Assembly: GCF_964204645.1 (NCBI RefSeq)
Contig: NC_134028.1
Span: 1,178,001-1,242,000, forward strand
Reading direction: 5' to 3'
Length of the DNA stretch: 64,000 bases
DNA from: Tubulanus polymorphus
Lineage: Eukaryota; Animalia; Nemertea
Position 1 is the stretch's first letter. The number at the start of each line of letters is the position of its first letter. Made by a program: the position numbers and the translations under genes. Under the pieces are notes generated by a model. The model ran no database searches, had not been told where the DNA came from, and saw only the letters and a program-made list of their open reading frames with translations. This document shows, piece by piece, positions 55,473 through 64,000 of this stretch.

Positions 55473-55600
55473 TGTATCTACCCTATGACTATACGTAACC
55501 AATGTTACTAGACATGTATCTACCCTATGACTATACATACCCAATGTTACTAGACATGTATCTACCCTATGACTATACGTACCCAATGTTACTAGACATG
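55473..55600. repeat. Tandem repeat, 42-bp unit, 3 copies
   Basis: Unit tgtatctaccctatgactatac(g/a)ta(a/c)ccaatgttactagaca, directly after the 22-bp array. Confidence 0.93.
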
Positions 55601-56583
55601 GTAAAATCACTATACAGGTCAGTATTGACAATGTTATTGTGTGAACCTCTTTCATCTACATCTCGCTTTAGTTCAGGTAGTTTACAATAAGGAAATGATC
55701 GGTTGATGCCACGACATACGATAATACTATAGATAACTAGAAGAGTTTATAGACAGGGTCACGAGGACGGACGGAATCAATGCCTCCTCGGAGAGCAAAC
55801 TAAAAGGACTAATTGTGACAATAGATACCAACAGAGAAGCTGTATATAATAATGAGTAGCAATAAAGAGGGATAATATGGGTTCATGTTTAGGGTTGACA
55901 GTTAATGATAATAAAAATATCCTCAGGTTCCAATCATTCCTATGGCTTAAAGTCAATTGATACAGAACATATGACAAAGATGAACGAGTGAACTGAGTTT
56001 GTATCTAACCAGTAAGTCACCGAATCACCCAACCTTATACTCGAGCATCCACCAAAAATCACCTTATAACTCAACCTGTCTCCTAGGGACCTAGGACCCA
56101 CCATAGGATGGTCACAAAATCACCCAACTTGATTCCTAGAATCCAGTCAAAATCAGTTCATTGTTTGGTGCGATGGTTAGTCTGATCAGATAGATGTTAC
56201 AGATTGTATCTGTGTGATGGGGTTTGGGGGTTATCTGGATGGACTGTTATCGGACATATCTTGGACAGGCATGTTGTCAGTTTCATGTATCCACAACAGT
56301 TTATTATCAGTCTTACAGATAGAACCAGTCTTCTCCGTGTAAATTGATCTTTTATCAAAAACTGATTATAAACCTGTCAGTTCATCCATCACATGATCAA
56401 TACTCTTACGTTGACCATCTCACATCGTCTGAGGATACTCAACAGGCATTAGTCCTCATTATGAGTAGATGACACTGGCCTTGACAGTGAATATCATGTC
56501 CAAGGCATTATAGGTCATAGGCTAGGAAGGGACTGCCATTGATGAAGCACTCTGGAGTGCGTATCATATCGATATCATATTAT

Positions 56584-56758
56584 ATATAAAATCCCTGCAC
56601 ACTAAGAATGGAATAGTCAGAAATGTTTCCTTGAGTTAGGTAATTTTGTAGTGAATTTTGTGACTATATCTTAATAGTCATCTCAAGTCAAATAAACTAC
56701 ACTAGCTCAAGGAAACATTTCTGACTCTTTTCTTTCTTAGTCTGCAGGGATTTTATAT
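56584..56758. mobile_element. Palindromic Penelope-like relic, same family
   Basis: ~57-bp inverted arms ending ...tcaaggaaacatttctgact...gcagggattttatat. Stem TGACTAT/ATAGTCA is intact at about 56661-56680. Confidence 0.7.
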
Positions 56759-59700
56759 CATTATTAAGAGGGGGAAACATCATTGTTGAACAGTGTCTAT
56801 AATGGGTTTTGGTCAAATAGTTGAGTGATTAGAGAATTTAACAAGGTTTGATTTCAGGTAAAAACATTCTAAATGTAGAACTCTCCGGGCTCCTTCTCAA
56901 ACGCATAGAACAACACTATTCATAACCTGTTCATTTCAGTGACCTGTAAATGACACAGGTTAAACGAAGTTGTGTCACACCTTTAGACAAATAAACCGCT
57001 TCAATGATTTCTTTTCTAAGTTGAAAGTAATATTTCCAAAACAAATTCCCATGACTCGTTCAGCCCGGATATATATATATGTATATCTGGAAGTCGGAGG
57101 TCAGCGACGGAATACCCGTGTGAGCCCGCCCAATTGCCCGCTCGCCCGCGAAGAGTTCATAACGAAGAAGTCAACAGATAAATTGTAACCGTCTATGACC
57201 CGATGATTAAAGTATTTGTTCACCGGTGTCCGAACTTCTATAATTCAACAATTCATCTTTAATCACGCCTCAAATTATCGCGACAATGAAAATGAACAAC
57301 TGCGGAAAATCGAACAGAAAAACAGCAAAGAAAATTCCGTCGATGTGAAATTAATTATAAAAACCGGGCGGAAATACGTCCCCTGAAGGCATAACTTATA
57401 AAATACTTATAAAGAGTCTCTGTCATTAATGGGTAATAATATAGAAATGTGTGTGAGACATGAGAACATTACTTGAGTTTCTCTTTCAAATCATTCATTT
57501 AATTCTATATATCTGTAAAACTGTTATTTGTATTAGCGAACATTAACATATAAATATATATATAAATATGTACTTTTATAGGTGGTGTGATACTATTTGT
57601 ATAGGGACTGTGTGACACCTAGTGTCTGTCAGGGACACAAAGGCAATATTTTCAAATACTCTTATTATCCTATTATTAAATCCTATTAATGATATATACA
57701 GAAACATAATTTCCCACAAAGAAGAAAGTATTTGAAGACATATATATATATATAAACCTATTAAATAATATACCAGTGACTAATATGAATAATTCAATTT
57801 GTATACATCTCTTTTATAGAATGGTTTCCCGTAATCTTCGCAATTCACCTAGAACAAGTTACGAGTTATAAATACTAGCAACAAAATCCACTTTCCAAAA
57901 GTGAAAAAAAAAAGATAAAATCGTATCATAAAACCTAATTCGAATTTGAGGGATGAGACACTAATCTATTTACAGCAGAGCATAGCTCTATGTATACCTG
58001 AATTTTGACCTTATTTGGTAAAAAGCAATGCAGACTTAGACTTTATTCCATTGAAGTATTAACTGTTATGATATTCAGCATTAATTTTTTAAATAAATGC
58101 TATTTTGCGGCAGAGACAGTTCAATAGGTTTGTCATTAAATCATATAAATGCAGCCACCTGCTACAACTGTATACACATACATGTCCTATCCTATACCGG
58201 CAGAGATATATATATATATGTGTGTGTGTAGACAGAAAAACTGACTTTCGTCAAAATTATTCAACTATTGTTAATTAACTAGGATTATGAATTGCGTTCA
58301 AATTCTCTCTACGGCTGATGAGCAAATTTGCAATGAAAATTGAGGAATCGTCAAATATTAGCAAAAGTTGAATTTCTAAGGATGCTTGAAATACTTATAG
58401 TATCATTAAAGCGTACTAAGTGCTCAACTGTAGGGGCTCAGAATGCAATCTTGCTTAACACCGATAATGTGATTTAAGCATACTAATAGCGATAAAATCA
58501 ACATTCTTCAAATCCTTTGTCACCTGCAGAAATCTCTAAGATTCTTAAGTTATGAAAGAATTTTAAAAAGTGAAATCAGCCAACAGATTCCAGTTGAATT
58601 CATAGACTAGAATTATAATCAGCTTTAACTCTTATAAAGTCAAATATTAACTCACACAACTGCTAAAACTGAGTTCAGATTTTACTTACCAACCGCGCTT
58701 CACCGATTGCGAAATAACCAGTCGTAAAAATTAAGTTTACCAGTTTCTGTCAAGACGCGACAAAAGGCAACCCTTGACGGACAATTTACTGCCAACACCA
58801 ACAACACCGGCGGGTTGACGCACAATCAAATATATAGATAATATATACTTGTATTAATTCTATCGCGTTTGCAAATAAATAGCTTTCTCCCGGCGCGTTA
58901 AGCCTGACAGCCGGTTTTCAGAAGAAATACCACCGTACCCTTAACGAAAACCAACTTATAATAGTCATATTCAGAAAACATAAACGATCTATTCAGATTA
59001 ATGGACGTAGCGTGAATTATGAATAGCAACGTTCCACTTACACATAAACGACATGATCAGGCCTAATTTCAAATAAGAAGCCCTTCTTTATTCTTTATGA
59101 CACAGTCTTCAGAAAACCAGTGCGTTCATTCAAATTGACAAATCACTTAATAATAATTTAATACGCAGTTAATCGCGTCACTATTTTCATCTAATTTCAC
59201 GACAAATTAATCGGCCTCTAGTTATTTTCAACCCCCAATAATATTGTAAACATTAGTATACGCTTCGTTAAGACATCCATTTAGAATCCGTGATGATCAT
59301 TTGGCTTTGAAGGAATCATTCCACCATAAAGAAGGCTTTATGATGTTCTATTGTGTCTACAAGGAGTTAGTTTTTGTCTGATGTGAGTCTACTACTAACA
59401 ACAGATAAGTAAACCAAGATTTTGATAACATCTTTCAGTTTATTTAAACTCAAGAGTCTTTCCCGGAACTGAACACCTATCTTCACATTACTCTTCATAG
59501 ACATAGTTAAAGATATATATATTTTAAAAGGTGTCTATCGTCAATTACTGATTATTTCTGACAATCAATCTCGACCGTGGTGAAAATTACCCAGCACTAT
59601 CACTGAATTCAATATATCAATTAAAAACATGCCAAAGTCAATGTAACTTGTTCAGTTGTAGACGTGGTTTTCACCGTGTGGGTTCCAGTCTTTTTCAAAA

Positions 59701-60218
59701 GCGCCCTGTCAAGTTATGACCCAAATATTTTGTGCACACATTTGTTGCCCTATTGTATGACAGAGCAAATAGACAGAAAATATTTTATATCTCTCTCTCT
59801 GTGCGCCCGTTTTTTGCAATGCCTCGGTTAAAGACAAGAGACGACAAGATCGAGGCTTCGACTGTTGTTGATTCCACGGAACGAGTGTACGCTTATTGAA
59901 AACCTGTGAAAACTACTCTTCCCAACAATCGACATCGTCGTCCGTCGTATAGAAAACAACTCTTAGACGACCATTAAATACCGGCGACTACTGACTACAA
60001 CTTATATTCATAACAATGAATAAACAAATACAACCGAAAACCCCGGATAATTACCAAATTATTTTCATACATTACATATATCATATCTAGGCCTTTATAT
60101 CTCATACACAAATAACTATGGATTGCACTTGTCTGGAAAAATACACGTCGTAGTACTTTCTAACACCATATTCATTAGCCTGTTACTGAAAACCTTCGAC
60201 GTCCTACTTATTCAACTG

Positions 60219-60457
60219 GGTCCAGTTCCACAGTTCCGAGTTAAGATTTGACTCCGAGTTAACTCATCGAAAATGAACTAACTTTAACTCAAGAGTTAAT
60301 TCAAACTCACAACTGTGGAACTGGATCCCGAGTTCAGATTTAACTCAAACTCACAACTGTGGAACTGGATCCTGAGTTCAGAGTTAACTCTAACTCACAA
60401 CTATGGAACTGGATACTGAGTTCAGAGTTAACTAACTCACAACTGTGGAACTGGGTC
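60219..60457. mobile_element. MITE, PIF/Harbinger-like, right end present four times in tandem
   Basis: Left TIR ggtccagttccacagtt; four copies of aactcacaactgtggaactgg at ~43-bp spacing; outer ends flanked by CTG. Confidence 0.85.
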
Positions 60458-60633
60458 CTGGTCAGTTTTACAGAATACAAGGTGTAACGTGTCTTCCCTC
60501 CCCTCCCACCCGAGGGCTAACTTAAACCCTTTCATTGCCTAATAGTTGAATTACCGATGGACAAGAGATAAATCTTAACATGTATATATCAGCGGTGGAC
60601 TCACATGTTACATCTTTCTCCGTGCATCTGGAT

Positions 60634-60844
60634 CAGAGCTGCCAACCTCTGAAAAGTGCTATCAGTAACACATTGAATTTTTTTTGGGTAAATTTTCATT
60701 GAAATATGAAAGAAAATATTCAAATTAATCAGTAATCAACGGTAAGACCTTCAGTAACATCTTTCATATTTCTGTAAGCATCAAATGAATAAAATCAGAA
60801 TAATAGTAACAAATACTGAAAATCAGGAACAGTTGGTAGCTCTG
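60634..60844. mobile_element. Non-autonomous DNA transposon, unclassified
   Basis: TIR CAGAGCTGCCAAC / GTTGGTAGCTCTG with one mismatch, flanked by the 6-bp direct repeat CTGGAT. Internal atcag(t/a)aa motifs recur. Confidence 0.8.
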
Positions 60845-60932
60845 CTGGATAAGTGACAAATGAGCACTTCGACCATGGTATCATTATCCAATGGATAATT
60901 CTAACACATTTTTTCGAGCAACTGAACTCCTG

Positions 60933-61243
60933 GGGCCAGTTGCACAGTTGTGACTTAAGTTGTCTTAAATCTCAAGTTGTTAGATCGATTTTATAAGATT
61001 TTATAAGTTTGTCTTCAATAACCTCACCAGTTTATGAGTATATAACATCTACAGTGAAAGATTGGTCTGTCCGGAATGATTGTGTAACTGGTGCGTAGGT
61101 TCTACAGCGAAGACTTAGATTAGAGACCTGTCTAAGACCATTGTTAGTTCTATTACCGACCTAACAACTTAAGACAGACAGTCTTAAGATTAATCAGTAA
61201 GTCAACTGCTGGACTAACAAGTCACAACTGCGCTACTAGGCCT
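60933..61243. mobile_element. MITE related to the 3451-3605 family
   Basis: Left end gggccagttgcacagttgtgactt follows CTG; right end aagtcacaactgcgctactaggcct. The internal ggttctat..atctaacaact.aagacc segment resembles 3520-3560. Confidence 0.65.
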
Positions 61244-61343
61244 AAGGTTATATATATATATATATATATAGAACCAGCCATAATCGACTGTATTTCACTA
61301 CAAGCTTAAAAACAAGATCAGATTGATTCAATTTCAAACTTAC

Positions 61344-61478
61344 CTGAATAGGTTTATCACTGACTATCACTTATGATAGAAACATTTGTTGATCGATGCA
61401 CTGTGTTAAGAGCTCACTGAACACGAGTGAGAGAGTTGGAGAGAGCTGGAGTGAGCTGGAGAATACCCGAGACGAGAT
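61344..61478 (-). other. Putative non-coding 5'-UTR exon of the ZMIZ1-like gene
   Basis: 135 nt bounded by a strong acceptor (long T tract then caatgtttcattcag) and a consensus donor CAG|GTAAGT, on the same strand as the coding exons. It has no long ORF. The first coding exon starts at an acceptor, so an upstream exon must exist; linking it to this one is inference. Confidence 0.55.
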
Positions 61479-61913
61479 CTGAATGAAACATTGAAAAAAA
61501 AAACAATCTATAAAACACTTTCACATTGTACACCAGACATCACAGATGAATAAATCAAACAGACTGTGAATTCACTAGTACAACTTTGACTACGACACTT
61601 GACACTGTTTAAAAACGATTCAACTTTGACCAGTCGTTCTGTCTGGCGTTATCTCTACTGATCGTTCAACTTGTTTCGTTGTAAATCCACGCTGAAATTT
61701 TCGTGTCAATAATTTTTTCGATGTAATATAAATACAAGTAGATAATAGGAACCTGAACCAACTGATTGATTGCGTGGATACTTCACATCAAAATGAAGGT
61801 CAATTTTTTTTTAAATACAACACCTCACCAGCACCAACCTTGACATCATTACTGAAACAAAGCGTAGGTAATGTACAAAACATCACGGATAACCAAGAGG
61901 CAGGGGTACAATT

Positions 61914-62124
61914 CAGGAGCGGATCCAGGGCCCTATCTCCTGGGGGTTTCGAATTGTACAAGGGCACTCACTATTATGGGGTAGGGCACTTACTACGCCA
62001 AATCATGCCTAACGACTGAGGGCACTTTTACGTCAAACCCATGGATTTAGGGGCATCTCCAAGGGGCACAGACAAAGCTCGATGGTATTTCAGAACCCTC
62101 GGAACCCCCCTAGATCGGCCCCTG
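61914..62124. mobile_element. Non-autonomous DNA transposon, unclassified
   Basis: Imperfect TIR CAGGAGCGGATCCAGGG / CCCTAGATCGGCCCCTG flanked by the 5-bp direct repeat CAATT. Internal gggca(c/t) motifs recur. Confidence 0.75.
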
Positions 62125-64000
62125 CAATTAGGGAAACTTTCAGTAACAATACTCTCAGAGATAGATCCACTATCACACCTGTAGCACAATACTGTGTCCC
62201 TGCGTCTAAAGACTCCATATTCATTCCAACAGATGATGATTGGTTCACTAGAAACTTCATCAAATCTTATCCCGACCTTTTTACCTATAGTACCTTGAAC
62301 TTCGAACAAACTATCATTATGTAAATATGTCGTTATTACAAGGTTCTTTTTTCCACTGGGTGTTTATTCAATAGAAAAATACTTGTGCAATGTTTACTTG
62401 TTTTAACTGATGACACATTTCTGATTTGTGACACATTCTGATTCGTGTTTGTGTCATGAGCTTTCAAATCAGCCATGAAGTCATCATTACTTCATTACTA
62501 ATTGTTTAAAACGGCAAAATGCTTTGATTTGCATGACAGTCACTTTTCATGTATGAACGAATCAAACTATTGGACATTTTGCTGATTCAGACTTCAAGTT
62601 CAAGTTTCTGCTACTTATGAGTTTTTATGCATATCCAGAAAATGAATGTTTTGATCTATTTTTTAAGCGTAGCAACTTCTCGAATGTAGGAAACTGTCAA
62701 AAGAGCCATCTTCAAATACGTATTATGAACAATCAGTCATAACAATGAAACCTAGTTTTTCTATAAGTGTTTTATCGGACATAAAAATACTTCTGAATTC
62801 AGTCTTTGTTTGTCATTGGCACTAATAGCTGTCAATCATTAAAAGCCCACTCATAACAAGTTTATCTAATCTTGTCTATTTGAACGCTAGCTATGTAGAT
62901 ATAATCTGACCACTTTCAGGGGTCACTATTCCACACAATATCCCTGTCTACAACTTCCTTTGATAATTTGACAAGAACAAATAGACTTTAGCCTAATATT
63001 CCTAGTCGTTAGTGTCAAATACATTGTATCGTGACATCTACGGTTAACAAGTAACGAATACATATATATATATATATATATATATATTATCAGGTTGTGA
63101 AATGATTTATACTGGAATTCAAATCAAAGAAATAATTCACCTCGGATTATAACACTGCAGATCATCTCAATATGTCAATCAATTATCAATATTCATTCAT
63201 CAACACGTTTAAATGTGATGCTGTTATTGATGGAAGGAATTATGAAGTCCAATATTTGATTAATGTATCAATGAAACAACCTATAATCAAGATGAAAAAT
63301 CTCTTCCTTCGTTTTAACACCTCCTTATATTGTTATTTGACCTCAGACATTTCTACGATCTTCCTGTTATTGCCCTATTAAATAAGCTTTCAAAATAATG
63401 AGCTTTCAGGTAATCAAATTCCGCAAGGATTAGCTAGAGATTATCCTAGACTTAGATCATCTCGTTTCTTCAATTGATCGCAAAGTGAATCTATTCTAAT
63501 TGCAAAGTCGATCTGAAAGGTAACCTGACAATCAATCAATAATGCAAATAATTTGATTACAAATGAACGCAAGTTATTTACGACGATTGAAAAATTATTG
63601 ATAAAAATCATATACCACCATCGGACCGCATCGTTTCCGGCGGAGACTGCCCGTGAGTCAGGGTGAAGGTCGCAGCAGTCTGATGAATGAACTAAAGTCC
63701 GACAGATCTGTGTGCGCGGAGAGTACAGAGAGGGATAATCAAAACAAAAATCACAACAATTTAACAGCTTACCGAATGTCCGTAGGCATCCGGTGAAATT
63801 AATCAAACACTTACCTATCAAACGATTTATAAATCCGATATCAGTCAATTCGCTTTAGAACGGAAGGAATTTAACTATTTCTTTTTTGCCACTTCTAATA
63901 AAAGCAAAGTAGAGTGAAGCCTGCACACATGTCTGTGTGTGAAAGCGGTATTGCCTACTTTGCTTTAATAGGGGAAGAAGGTGTTAGCGCCGTCGTCGTG

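Noticed and set aside
55700-56560. CpG-poor segment that may be an old LINE 3' end on the minus strand (SHRNDWNL)
   Set aside because: No continuous recognisable frame.
63676-63712. CTGATGA hammerhead or C/D-box-like motif (another at ~45553)
   Set aside because: No paired stem II followed by GAAA and a cleavage triplet, and no convincing terminal stem.

Overview
AT-rich eukaryotic genomic DNA, most likely from a non-vertebrate bilaterian animal (inference). It has GT-AG introns, CTCF-like motifs, TTAGGG tracts and signs of CpG decay. The only protein-coding gene I can support is the 5' part of a ZMIZ1/ZMIZ2-family (tonalli-like) gene on the minus strand. Its three short coding exons (9370-9311, 6250-6137, 2536-2431) were missed by the ORF track and splice in frame to [93 protein letters not shown], the conserved Zmiz1 N-terminal domain. 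The rest of the gene lies left of the window. A probable non-coding exon at 61478-61344 suggests most of the window is one ~52 kb 5'-UTR intron. The introns hold more than a dozen unrelated minisatellites, which explain nearly all long ORFs in the track. They also hold MITE-like elements (several with CWG target duplications), palindromic Penelope-like relics with degenerate hammerhead-ribozyme cores, a tRNA-box/TTAGGG composite repeat, a tandem array of CTCF-like motifs, and uORFs abutting the start codon. No prokaryotic features or CRISPR arrays are present. Copy numbers were counted by eye and are approximate.
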